This document shows positions 53,520 to 63,044 of a stretch of DNA of 64,000 bases, piece after piece (position 1 is the first letter of the stretch; every line of letters starts with the position of its first letter). The DNA is taken from assembly GCA_963675295.2 (NCBI GenBank), contig CAXXKJ010000001.1, positions 1 through 64,000 on the forward strand. The letters run 5' to 3'. The position numbers and the translations under genes are program-made. The notes beneath the pieces were generated by a model. The model was not told where the DNA came from and searched no databases. It was given only the letters and a program-made list of their open reading frames with translations. This DNA is from a bacterium. Lineage in GTDB: Bacteria > Electryoneota > Electryoneia > Electryoneales > Electryoneaceae.

Positions 53520-53960
53520 ATGTCGACCATTTTCTCCAAGCCCACAGGCTACGCCCTGCGCGCGATGATCCACCTCGCGGAACGCCGTGACGACGGCCCG
53601 ATTCTCGCGTCGGTCATCGCCGAACGGGAAGACATCCCCGCGCCGTTCCTCGGCAAGGTGATGGGCAAGCTGGCGCAGGCGGGATTTGTCGATTCGATGC
53701 GCGGGCCGAACGGTGGCTATCATCTCATCCGGGAGCCTGAAACCATTACCCTGCGCGACATTTCGGAGTTGTTCGAGACGCAGACCAGTGGACGGGAATG
53801 CCTGCTCGGCTGGAAAACCTGCCCGGGTCCGAAGTACTGCGCCGTCCATCAACGCTGGCTCGAGCCGCAACGCCACATCGACCGTTTCCTCGACGGCACC
53901 ACTCTCGGGGATATCGTTGAGGGCGAACGGAAACGGCGGCAAAAGCTGAAACGGGCGTAG
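53520..53960 (+). CDS. Rrf2-family transcriptional regulator (3-Cys Fe-S type)
   Basis: YALRAMIHLA, S.RGPNGGY.L, C-x6-C-x5-C-xx-H. Confidence 0.92.
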   Translation: MSTIFSKPTGYALRAMIHLAERRDDGPILASVIAEREDIPAPFLGKVMGKLAQAGFVDSMRGPNGGYHLIREPETITLRDISELFETQTSGRECLLGWKTCPGPKYCAVHQRWLEPQRHIDRFLDGTTLGDIVEGERKRRQKLKRA

Positions 53961-54009
53961 GGACAGGCAGCACGGGCGCTTATCTCCGCTTAGGGAAGCG
54001 CTGGTCACG

Positions 54010-54146
54010 CGAGGGCGTCATCACGAGGGTGTCATCGCGAGGGTGTCATCCTGAATCCGGCGCAGCCGGATGAAGGATCTCCAGATTAGCCCAACCGTAT
54101 CGACGCTGGAGATTTTTCACTGCACGTCGTTCCGTTCAGACTGACA
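54010..54146. repeat. MITE-like palindromic element preceded by 14-bp tandem repeats
   Basis: CGAGGGTGTCATCN x3; TGTCATCCTGAA...TTCAGACTGACA ends; inner IR GAAGGATCTCCAG/CTGGAGATTTTTC; half copy at 18706-18733. Confidence 0.7.
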
Positions 54147-54294
54147 TAGGTGTCGCAGCTTGACGGGCTACTACCGGGCACTCATTACGGGCTTTGTCGC
54201 CAAAGTTCACATGCTGCGCAACCGATTGATTTCGTAAGTTGACGATATTGAGCCTGCTGCATGCGGCTCACAGGGGATAGAGGGACGTCCTTCC

Positions 54295-56838
54295 ATGCCG
54301 GTCATCGAGGGTCCACAGCAGAACACTCAGCCCGCCGCCACGCCAACCGTGGACGGTGTGCCCGCGTGCCACCATTGCGGCCTGCCCTGCGACACGACCG
54401 ATGTCGAATTCGAGGGCAAGCATTTCTGCTGCAATGGCTGCAAGGCGGTCTATGAGCTGCTGTCCTCCCGTGACCTCTGCGCCTACTATGACCTCAACGA
54501 AACCCCCGGCGCGACGATCCGTGAGGATGATGAAGCCGCGACCATCAAATGGGGCTTCCTCGACCACGAGGACGTCAAGGCAAAGCTGCTCGAGTTTTCG
54601 GACGGCGGCATTTCCAAGGCGACCTTCACCGTTCCGCACATGCACTGTGCGTCGTGTATCTACATCCTCGAGGAACTCAGCCGGCTGCACAGCGGCGTGG
54701 TCAACTCACGCGTCAACTTCCTCAAGAAGCAGGTGACCGTTACCTGGCGGGACGCCGACATCTCCCTGCGTGGCGTGGTGCAACTGCTGTCGTCCATCGG
54801 CTACGAACCGCGCATCCAGCTCGAAGCGATCGACCGCAAGGAACACAAGTCCGAAGCCCGCAAGCTGCTGATTCAGCTTGGTGTCGCCGGATTCGCCTTC
54901 GGCAACATCATGCTGATGAGCTTCCCGGAGTACCTGACCTTCGGCGGACGGGTCGAACCGTTCCTCGCGAACGCGTTCGGCTACCTCAACATGCTGCTCG
55001 CGTTGCCGGTGGTGTTCTATTCCGCGAACGGCTATTTGAGCCGAGCATGGAAGGGCCTGCGAGCGAAGACGATCAACCTCGACGTGCCGATCAGCCTCGG
55101 CGTCCTCGCGTTGTTCCTGCGCAGCAGCTACGAAGTCATCTTCAACGCCGGCAGCGGCTACTTCGACTCCCTCGCCGGGCTGGTCTTCCTGCTGCTGGTG
55201 GGACGCTACATCCAGGAACGCACCTACGCCGCGCTGTCGTTCGATCGCGATTACCGCAGTTATTTCCCGCTGGCGGTGATGCGCCGGGACGGGCACGGCG
55301 ACGAACAATCAATCCCCGTCACCGAGATCAACGTTGGCGACCGGATCGTGGTCCGCAAGGGTGAATTGATCCCGGCGGACAGCATCCTGATTGAAGGCGA
55401 CGGCGACATCGACTACTCCTTCGTCACCGGCGAATCGGACCCGGTGCGCAAGGAATCGGGCGACGTGATCTACGCCGGCGGACGGCAAACCTCCGGCCGG
55501 CTCGAGATGGAAGTGATCGAAGAGGTGAGCCGCTCGTACCTCGTGCGGCTGTGGAACCAGGATGCCGCGAACACCGGCCCGGAAAGTCGGTTTAACACGC
55601 TGACCGAAAAGATCAGCGGCTGGTTTACCGGGGTGGTGCTGGCGATCGCGACCATCGCCGCACTGTTCTGGGTGCCGTCCGGCGTCGGGCACGCGATCTA
55701 CATTTTCACCGCCGTGCTGATCGTGGCCTGCCCGTGCGCGCTCGCGCTGGCGACGCCGTTCACGCTGGGTACCGCGATGCGCATCCTCGGCGCGAGCCGG
55801 GTGTACCTGAAACGTGCGTCTGTCGTCGAAACCCTCGCCCGTATCACACACATCGTGTTCGACAAGACCGGTACGCTGACCGAAACCGGCGGCGGTGTCG
55901 CCGGTTACCAGGGCGAAGAGCTGAACGAGGTCGAGCAGACCTGGGTCCGTTCCCTCGTGCACCACTCGACGCACCCGATCAGCATGAAGGTCAACGCGTT
56001 CCTGCACAACCGGCCCGCGATGAAAATGGACGAGGTCCACGAAGTCGAGGGCAAGGGATTGTACGGCCGGATCGCCGGATACGAGATCAAGCTCGGGTCC
56101 GCCGAATGGGTGGGGGTGGATTTGGACAACACACCAGCGGGTCCGGAACCCTCAGAGCAGCCGCGTCTGCAAGCAGACACGGGCACTTCGGTTGATACAG
56201 ATACATTGGACAATGGTGCGACGCCCCGCAACCAGGCGTGGGTGTCGATCAACGGGCAGGTGAGGGGCGTGTTTACCGTCCAGTCACGCTTCCGCCCGGG
56301 TATTGACAGCCTGCTGAACATGCTGGCGAAACACATCAAGCTGTCACTTCTTTCCGGCGACAACGACCGCGAGCGCCAGCACCTCGCGCAACTGTTTCCG
56401 GCGGGCGCGGACCTGCGTTTCCAGCAGGAACCGTTCGCGAAACGGGACCGTGTGCGTGAACTTCAGGACAGCGGCGAGCACGTGCTGATGGTCGGGGACG
56501 GCCTCAACGACGCCGGCGCGCTGGACGCCGCCGACATCGGCCTCGTGGTGAGCCAGGATGTCACCGGTTTCTCGCCGGCCTGCGATGCGCTGATGGATCA
56601 GGACGCGCTCCGCAACCTCGACAAGTACATCGAATTCGCGCGGGCGAGCACCAAGGTGATCGTCGCCGCGTTCGTGATTTCCTTTGCCTACAACCTGACC
56701 GGGCTCGGCTTCGCGGTGGCGGGGATGTTGTCGCCGTTGGTCTCCGCGATCATCATGCCGATCAGCTCGATCAGCGTGATTGTGTTCACCACGCTGCTGA
56801 CGCAATTTCACGCGGCGCGCATCGGGGTGAGACGATGA
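54295..56838 (+). CDS. ccoI: Cu-translocating P1B-type ATPase for cbb3 assembly
   Basis: CHHCG...FCCNGC, MHCASC, TGES, CPC, DKTGT, GDGLND. Confidence 0.93.
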   Translation: MPVIEGPQQNTQPAATPTVDGVPACHHCGLPCDTTDVEFEGKHFCCNGCKAVYELLSSRDLCAYYDLNETPGATIREDDEAATIKWGFLDHEDVKAKLLEFSDGGISKATFTVPHMHCASCIYILEELSRLHSGVVNSRVNFLKKQVTVTWRDADISLRGVVQLLSSIGYEPRIQLEAIDRKEHKSEARKLLIQLGVAGFAFGNIMLMSFPEYLTFGGRVEPFLANAFGYLNMLLALPVVFYSANGYLSRAWKGLRAKTINLDVPISLGVLALFLRSSYEVIFNAGSGYFDSLAGLVFLLLVGRYIQERTYAALSFDRDYRSYFPLAVMRRDGHGDEQSIPVTEINVGDRIVVRKGELIPADSILIEGDGDIDYSFVTGESDPVRKESGDVIYAGGRQTSGRLEMEVIEEVSRSYLVRLWNQDAANTGPESRFNTLTEKISGWFTGVVLAIATIAALFWVPSGVGHAIYIFTAVLIVACPCALALATPFTLGTAMRILGASRVYLKRASVVETLARITHIVFDKTGTLTETGGGVAGYQGEELNEVEQTWVRSLVHHSTHPISMKVNAFLHNRPAMKMDEVHEVEGKGLYGRIAGYEIKLGSAEWVGVDLDNTPAGPEPSEQPRLQADTGTSVDTDTLDNGATPRNQAWVSINGQVRGVFTVQSRFRPGIDSLLNMLAKHIKLSLLSGDNDRERQHLAQLFPAGADLRFQQEPFAKRDRVRELQDSGEHVLMVGDGLNDAGALDAADIGLVVSQDVTGFSPACDALMDQDALRNLDKYIEFARASTKVIVAAFVISFAYNLTGLGFAVAGMLSPLVSAIIMPISSISVIVFTTLLTQFHAARIGVRR

Positions 56839-57041
56839 GTGTGATTCTGGTACTGCTCGGCGCGGGGCTGGTGGTCGCGCTGGTGTTTCTCGGCCTCTTC
56901 ATCTGGGCCGTCAACTCCGGCCAGTACGACGATCCGGTGACTCCGGGCTGGCGCATCATTCTGGATGACATGAAAAAGAAAAAATCCAAGGATACCGGGA
57001 AGCATCTATCCAGGGAGGATAACGATGTCCCACAGCGGTGA
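56835..57041 (+). CDS. ccoS: cbb3 oxidase maturation protein
   Basis: TM helix then FIWAVNSGQYDD; overlaps the ccoI stop. Confidence 0.9.
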   Translation: MSVILVLLGAGLVVALVFLGLFIWAVNSGQYDDPVTPGWRIILDDMKKKKSKDTGKHLSREDNDVPQR

Positions 57042-59193
57042 TTCCACATCCCAGGGAGCCCTGAACACCGCGAAGCTCGAGACGTTCTACTACGACAACC
57101 AGATCGTCAAGATGTTCGCGATCGCCAGCAGTGTCTTCGGTGTCGTCGGCATGCTGGTCGGGTTGTTGGCTGCACTGCAGCTGTTCATTCCCGAGCTGAA
57201 CCTGGGCACGGCGTACACCACGTTCGGACGTATCCGTCCGCTGCACACCAACGCCGTCATCTTTGCGTTCGTCGGCAACGCCATCTTCATGGGCGTGTAC
57301 CATTCGTTGCCACGCCTGCTGAAAACGCCGATGGCGTCACGTCTGCTCAGCCGCCTGCACTTCTGGGGCTGGCAACTGATCATCGTCTCGGCGGCGGTCA
57401 CGTTGCCGCTGGGACTGACCACGTCCAAGGAATATGCCGAACTCGAATGGCCGATCGACATCGCCATCGCGGTGGTCTGGGTCATCTTCGGCATCAACAT
57501 GTTGTGGACGATCCTGCAACGGCGGGAACGGCACCTCTACGTCGCGATCTGGTTCTACATCGCGACCTGGGTGACTGTGGCGATGCTGCACATCGTGAAC
57601 AGCTTCGAAATCCCGGTCAACCTGATCAAGAGCTACTCGCTGTACGCCGGTGTGCAGGACGCGCTCGTGCAGTGGTGGTATGGTCATAACGCCGTCGCGT
57701 TCTTCCTCACCACGCCGTACCTCGGGCTGATGTACTACTACCTGCCCAAGGCGGCGAACCGGCCGGTGTACAGCTACCGTCTGTCGATCATCCACTTCTG
57801 GGCGCTGATCTTCATCTACATCTGGGCCGGTCCGCACCACCTGCTGTATTCCTCCCTGCCGGATTGGGCGCAGAGCCTCGGCACCGTCTTCAGCATCATG
57901 CTGATCGCGCCAAGTTGGGGCGGGATGCTGAACGGGCTGCTGACCCTGCGCGGAGCGTGGGACAAGGTCCGCGAAGATCCGGTGCTGAAGTTCATGGTCG
58001 TCGCGGTTACCGCGTACGGCATGGCGACGCTCGAAGGTCCGATGCTGTCGCTGAAGTCCGTGAACGCCCTCAGCCACTTCACCGACTGGACCATCGCGCA
58101 CGTACACGTCGGCGCGCTCGGCTGGAACGGTTTCCTCACCTTCGGTATCCTCTACTGGCTGATTCCGAACATGTGGAAGACGAAGCTGTGGTCACGGCCG
58201 CTCGCCAACTTCCACTTCTGGATCGGTACACTCGGCATCCTGATCTACGTGATCCCGATGTACGTCGCCGGCATCACCCAGTCGCTGATGTGGAAGCAGT
58301 TCACCGCGGACGGGTTCCTGCAGTATCCGAACTTCCTCGAAACCGTGCTGCAGATCGTGCCGATGTACATCACCCGCGCGGTCGGCGGCGGCATGTTCTT
58401 CATCGGCATGTTCGTGATGGCATTCAACCTGATCATGACCGCGAAGCAGGGGTCGTTCGTCGCCAATGAAAAGGCGCACGCCGCACCGCTGACCCCGGAA
58501 AAGCCGCACGCGGAAAAGGAATACTACCACCGCTGGATCGAAAAGCGGCCGATGCGTTTCCTGTTGCTTGCCTTCATCGCGGTCGTCATCGGCGGACTGC
58601 TGGAAATGGTGCCGATGTTCGTCATCCAGTCGAATGTGCCCAGCATCAGCACCGTCAAGCCGTACACACCGCTGGAACTCGAGGGACGCGACATCTACAT
58701 CCGCGAGGGCTGCGTTTCCTGTCACTCGCAGCTGGTACGGCCGTTCCGGTCCGAAACCGAACGCTACGGCGAGTATTCCAAGTCCGGTGAGTATGTCTAC
58801 GACCACCCGTTCCTGTGGGGCTCGAAACGTACCGGGCCGGACTTGCACCGAGTCGGCGGGAAATATCCGGACGCGTGGCATTACAACCACATGCTCGAGC
58901 CGACTTCGATGTCGCCGGGGTCGTTGATGCCGCCGTTCCCATGGCTGATCACCGACAAGCTGGACTACATGAACATCGGCGACAAGATCGTTGCATTGCG
59001 CAGGATCGGCGTTCCCTACCCGGACGGCTTCGAGGATGAAGCCGAGACGGTGCTGGAAACGCAGGCCTGGGAAATCGCTCAGAACCTGGAAAACCAGGGT
59101 GTCGAGGTCGCGGCGGATCGCGAGATCATTGCCTTGATCGCGTACCTGCAACGCCTGGGCACGGACATCAAACCCGCTATGGCGCAACCGTAG
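57025..59193 (+). CDS. ccoNO: cbb3-type cytochrome c oxidase fused subunits I/II
   Basis: RPLHTNA, QWWYGHNAV, WAGPHH, HVH; CcoO part EGCVSCHSQ, GSKRTGPDL. Confidence 0.96.
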   Translation: MSHSGDSTSQGALNTAKLETFYYDNQIVKMFAIASSVFGVVGMLVGLLAALQLFIPELNLGTAYTTFGRIRPLHTNAVIFAFVGNAIFMGVYHSLPRLLKTPMASRLLSRLHFWGWQLIIVSAAVTLPLGLTTSKEYAELEWPIDIAIAVVWVIFGINMLWTILQRRERHLYVAIWFYIATWVTVAMLHIVNSFEIPVNLIKSYSLYAGVQDALVQWWYGHNAVAFFLTTPYLGLMYYYLPKAANRPVYSYRLSIIHFWALIFIYIWAGPHHLLYSSLPDWAQSLGTVFSIMLIAPSWGGMLNGLLTLRGAWDKVREDPVLKFMVVAVTAYGMATLEGPMLSLKSVNALSHFTDWTIAHVHVGALGWNGFLTFGILYWLIPNMWKTKLWSRPLANFHFWIGTLGILIYVIPMYVAGITQSLMWKQFTADGFLQYPNFLETVLQIVPMYITRAVGGGMFFIGMFVMAFNLIMTAKQGSFVANEKAHAAPLTPEKPHAEKEYYHRWIEKRPMRFLLLAFIAVVIGGLLEMVPMFVIQSNVPSISTVKPYTPLELEGRDIYIREGCVSCHSQLVRPFRSETERYGEYSKSGEYVYDHPFLWGSKRTGPDLHRVGGKYPDAWHYNHMLEPTSMSPGSLMPPFPWLITDKLDYMNIGDKIVALRRIGVPYPDGFEDEAETVLETQAWEIAQNLENQGVEVAADREIIALIAYLQRLGTDIKPAMAQP

Positions 59194-59207
59194 AGAGGAG
59201 GCCCCCC

Positions 59208-59399
59208 ATGCTAAGCGAATTGCTGCAACCGTTTACCATCGGACTCGGTGCCTACCCCACGGTGTCCGTGGTGATCTTCTTCACCGTGTTCATCGCTGCC
59301 CTGTGGCAGATGATCCGGATGGACAAAACGTATCTCGAGGAGATGAGCTCGATGCCCCTCGATTCCGATGACACCGTCAACTCTGACCGGGAGGACTGA
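59208..59399 (+). CDS. ccoQ: cbb3 oxidase small subunit
   Basis: Small single-TM ORF with IFF.VF and MS.MPL, lying between ccoNO and ccoP. Confidence 0.8.
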   Translation: MLSELLQPFTIGLGAYPTVSVVIFFTVFIAALWQMIRMDKTYLEEMSSMPLDSDDTVNSDRED

Positions 59400-59403
59400 A
59401 TCC

Positions 59404-60087
59404 ATGCCGAAGAAGAAGCAAATGGATGAACTGTTCGACCACGATTTTGACGGCATCCAGGAATACGATAACGACATGCCGCGTTGGTGGGTGAACCTGT
59501 TCTACGTCACCATCGTCTTCGCCTTCATCTACCTGCTGTGGTATCACGTCACCGGCTTCGGGGATTCGTCCGCCGTGCGCTACGAAAAGCAGGTCGACCC
59601 GACCTACACCCGGCTGCCGGAAGACCAGGGTCCGAGCTTGATGGACTATGTGTTCAAGCCCGCGCACACCGTGTGGCACAACCCGTACCCCGAAGTGACA
59701 CAGGCGAGCCTGTTCAGCGGGCAGTCGCTGGTCGCGGAAGTTGAACAGGAACCGGTAGATACCACCGTCGTGATGCTCACTGCGGATGCCGAAATCGCTG
59801 CCGGAAAAGGGATTTACGACCAATACTGCTTTTCCTGTCACGGACGTGTCGGCGAGGGCGGCATCGGCCCGAACCTGACCGACGACTACTGGATTCACGG
59901 TGGACGCTTTGCGGATGTCGTGCACACGATCAAAAAGGGTGTTCCGCTGAACGGCATGATCGCGTGGGAACGCAGCCTGAGCCCGGACCAGATCATCCAG
60001 GTCGCGAGCTACGTCGAAACCCTGCGCGGAACCGAACCCTCGAACGGCAAGGCACCGCAGGGCGATCTGTACGCCGCGGCGGAATAG
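59404..60087 (+). CDS. ccoP: cbb3 oxidase subunit III (monoheme)
   Basis: HDFDGIQEYDN.MP.WW; single CFSCH; GPNLTDDYWIHG. Confidence 0.92.
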   Translation: MPKKKQMDELFDHDFDGIQEYDNDMPRWWVNLFYVTIVFAFIYLLWYHVTGFGDSSAVRYEKQVDPTYTRLPEDQGPSLMDYVFKPAHTVWHNPYPEVTQASLFSGQSLVAEVEQEPVDTTVVMLTADAEIAAGKGIYDQYCFSCHGRVGEGGIGPNLTDDYWIHGGRFADVVHTIKKGVPLNGMIAWERSLSPDQIIQVASYVETLRGTEPSNGKAPQGDLYAAAE

Positions 60088-60096
60088 AAGGATGTA

Positions 60097-60128
60097 ACGG
60101 GGACACTTACAGGAGTAAGTGTCCCCGT
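60097..60128. repeat. REP-like family A copy 4
   Basis: ACGGGGACACTTAC-AGGA-GTAAGTGTCCCCGT between ccoP and ccoG. Confidence 0.8.
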
Positions 60129-60252
60129 GCACTGAACACTGGCAAATGATAACCGTCCTCTGCCATGTGCCAGCTTTCACACAGGTTGTACCAACATCTG
60201 GCCAGCCGTGCGTCCGTGACTCCCCTGGCCCCCAGCAAGAACCGAGGACTCG

Positions 60253-61701
60253 ATGATCAACATCGTGACCGACCAGAACGACAACGAATCCCGGGATGAA
60301 GTCCACGGTGCCGGAGAAGCGTTCCGGCAACGCATCGCCACGGTGGACGAGCAGGGTCAACGCAAGTGGGTGTACCCGCAGAAGCCAAAGGGACGGTATC
60401 ACCTTGCCCGCGCGTGGGTCGCCGCGTTTCTCGTTGTCCTGTTCTTCTCCGCGCCGTGGATCAAGATCAACGGGCACCCGTTGTTGCTGGTCAACATCCT
60501 CGACCGCCGCTTCTCCATTCTCGGTGTCCCGTTCTGGCCGCAGGATGCGATCTACTTTGTTATCGCGTTCATCTCGATGGTCGTCTTTCTGCTGTTGTTC
60601 ACCGTCATATGGGGACGTCTGTGGTGCGGCTGGGCCTGCCCGCAGACGATCTTCATGGAAATGGTATTCCGCAAGATCGAGTACTTTTTCGAGGGTGGAC
60701 CGTCCAAGCAGCGCCGTCTCAAGTCCAAGTCGTGGGATTTCGACAAGCTGTGGCGCAAGGGCGGGAAGTGGCTGACCTTCTTCATCGTCTCGTTCGCCGT
60801 TGCCAACACCTTCATGGCCTATTTCGTCGGCACCGACGGCTTCCTCGCGCGCATTTCCGGCAGCCCCGGCGAACACATGGGCGCCTTCATCGGCGTACTC
60901 GGTTTCACCGGCCTGTTCTACTTCATCTTCGCGTGGTTCCGGGAGCAGGCGTGTACGTTGTTGTGCCCGTACGCACGGCTACAGGGCGTGCTGCTTGACA
61001 ATGACAGCGTCGCGGTGACGTATGACTTCACCCGTGGCGAGGAACGCATGCCGGCGAACAAGGCGAAGAAAACCCAGCTCGCGGGCGATTGCATCGATTG
61101 CTATTCCTGCGTCAAGGTGTGTCCGACCGGGATCGATATCCGGAACGGCATCCAGCTCGAATGCATCAACTGCACCGCATGCATGGATGCCTGCGACAGC
61201 GTAATGGACAAATACAACCGGCCACGCGGCCTGATCCGGTATGCGTCCTACAACATGGTCAAGAATGGGACCAAGTTCCGGTTCACCCCGCGTGTGATCG
61301 GTTACCTCGTCATCTTCGCGATCCTGATCAGCGTGTTTGTTACCATGCTGGCGCTGCGCAGTGACGTCGAAACCACCATCCTGCGAACACCCGGCCAGCT
61401 GTTCCAGGAAGTGGATGGAGGCGCGACGATCCAGAACCTGTACAACCTGAAAGTGGTTAACAAGACGTACGAGCCGATGCCGCTGCACCTGAAGCTGATT
61501 GAACCGGCGGGTGGCCACATCCAGCTCGTCGGCACCGATCTGCACATTGACGCCGAGGGTATTCTTGAACAAGCGTTCTTCGTCACCCTGCCGCGTGGTG
61601 TGCTGGACCCGTTGAAGACGCCGATCAAGATCGAGGTCAGCAACGACGAGGACGTGCTCGAGACCGTCAAGACGAACTTCATGGGGCCGGCAGCTCCCTG
61701 A
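60253..61701 (+). CDS. ccoG: cbb3 accessory 4Fe-4S protein
   Basis: CGWACPQT, CPY, CIDCYSCVKVCPTGIDIR, CINCTACMDAC. Confidence 0.95.
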   Translation: MINIVTDQNDNESRDEVHGAGEAFRQRIATVDEQGQRKWVYPQKPKGRYHLARAWVAAFLVVLFFSAPWIKINGHPLLLVNILDRRFSILGVPFWPQDAIYFVIAFISMVVFLLLFTVIWGRLWCGWACPQTIFMEMVFRKIEYFFEGGPSKQRRLKSKSWDFDKLWRKGGKWLTFFIVSFAVANTFMAYFVGTDGFLARISGSPGEHMGAFIGVLGFTGLFYFIFAWFREQACTLLCPYARLQGVLLDNDSVAVTYDFTRGEERMPANKAKKTQLAGDCIDCYSCVKVCPTGIDIRNGIQLECINCTACMDACDSVMDKYNRPRGLIRYASYNMVKNGTKFRFTPRVIGYLVIFAILISVFVTMLALRSDVETTILRTPGQLFQEVDGGATIQNLYNLKVVNKTYEPMPLHLKLIEPAGGHIQLVGTDLHIDAEGILEQAFFVTLPRGVLDPLKTPIKIEVSNDEDVLETVKTNFMGPAAP

Positions 61702-61705
61702 ACCA

Positions 61706-62212
61706 ATGCAACAGACGCAGAAGAAGCCACAGATGCCAGAAACACAACAGACGAAGAAAAAATCCGGCGAACCGTGGGCGATCGGCATCGCGCTGGTGCT
61801 GGTCGTGTTCGTGATCAGCCTGATCGGCTTCATTATCTTCGCGTCGCTGCAGAGCCGTGATCTCGTCGAGGACCGCTATTACGAACGCGGGCTCGAGTAC
61901 GATTCCCGCATCGACCAGCTCGAACGCTCGCAGCAGGACAGCACGCTCGCATGGAGACTGGACGCCGGCAAACGCACGCTGACTTTCCTGTTCCCCGGTG
62001 ACCTCAGCCCGGCTGCAGGTTTCACGGGCGAGGTGGTGCTGTATCGCCCGTCGGACGCCTCGATGGACCGTACCTTCCTGCTCGAGTTTGACATCTCCGG
62101 CGAACAACTTGTCGACCTGCGGGATCTGCCACGCGGCAACTGGAAAGCGAAAATCAGCTGGACGGTTAACGACGAAGACTACTACCAGGAAGCCGCATTG
62201 TATCTTCCGTGA
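61706..62212 (+). CDS. ccoH: FixH/CcoH family protein
   Basis: W..GI TM helix, DLVEDRYYE, LYRPSD...D. Start is uncertain because of a repeat-derived N-terminus. Confidence 0.85.
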   Translation: MQQTQKKPQMPETQQTKKKSGEPWAIGIALVLVVFVISLIGFIIFASLQSRDLVEDRYYERGLEYDSRIDQLERSQQDSTLAWRLDAGKRTLTFLFPGDLSPAAGFTGEVVLYRPSDASMDRTFLLEFDISGEQLVDLRDLPRGNWKAKISWTVNDEDYYQEAALYLP

Positions 62213-62245
62213 TGCCCCCCATCACCGAAGCTGGATGGATGTGCC

Positions 62246-62980
62246 ATGTTTGAGACCTACGTCATCGCCACCGCGTTTCCGCTTGGGTTTATCGGCGGCC
62301 TGCACTGCATCGGTATGTGCGGCCCGATCGTGGTCGCACTCTCCCGCAAGCAGGGCAAGAGCTGGCGCGGGCTGACCTCACGGCTGGCGTACAACATCGG
62401 CCGTATCCTCACCTACATGCTGCTCGGCGTGTTCGTCGGTGTGCTCGCGGAAGGCTTCCGCATGGCGGGCTATCAACGCTGGGTCTCCATCGCCATCGGG
62501 GTGATTCTGCTCATTGGCGTGCTGCTGCCCGCGAAATGGATCAACAAAATCCTGCCGCAGCAATTGACGACCGGCCCGACCACCTGGATCCGAAAGCTCT
62601 GGGCGAAGCTACCACAGTCGAATTCCGCCCCGACACAACTGGTGATCGGTATCCTCAACGGCTTCCTGCCGTGCGGCCTGGTCTACACCGCCGCTGCCGC
62701 CGCCAGCGCGATGGGATCAATGGAGCAGTCGGTCGCCTACATGGCATGGTTCGGACTCGGAACCATTCCAGCGCTGCTTCTCACCAGCTATGCCGGCATG
62801 GCGATCCTCAACCGGTTCCGCATTTCCTACCGTAAACTGACCACGATCGCCGTCGCCAGTGTCGCCGTGCTGCTGATTCTACGCGGCATGAACCTCGGCA
62901 TTCCCTACATCAGCCCGAAGATCCAGAAAGACCAGGCGAGCGGAAAGGTGACCATGGACTGCTGCCATCCGGGGGAGTAA
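62246..62980 (+). CDS. DsbD_2/TauE-SafE-like membrane protein of cbb3 operons
   Basis: HCIGMCGP, YN.GRI.TY, NGFLPCGLVY, FGLGT.P. Confidence 0.88.
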   Translation: MFETYVIATAFPLGFIGGLHCIGMCGPIVVALSRKQGKSWRGLTSRLAYNIGRILTYMLLGVFVGVLAEGFRMAGYQRWVSIAIGVILLIGVLLPAKWINKILPQQLTTGPTTWIRKLWAKLPQSNSAPTQLVIGILNGFLPCGLVYTAAAAASAMGSMEQSVAYMAWFGLGTIPALLLTSYAGMAILNRFRISYRKLTTIAVASVAVLLILRGMNLGIPYISPKIQKDQASGKVTMDCCHPGE

Positions 62981-62990
62981 GCTGGAGCTG

Positions 62991-63026
62991 GAAAAAGGCT
63001 GTCCGTGAGCACGGACAACCCTTTTC
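62991..63026. terminator. Bidirectional terminator
   Basis: AAAAAGGCTGTCCGTG...CACGGACAACCCTTTT between convergent genes. Confidence 0.7.
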
Positions 63027-63044
63027 AGAGTTTCAAACGAGTGT

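Noticed and set aside
54226-54240. FNR box upstream of ccoI
   Set aside because: Only the TTGAT half-site is present; the ATCAA half is absent.
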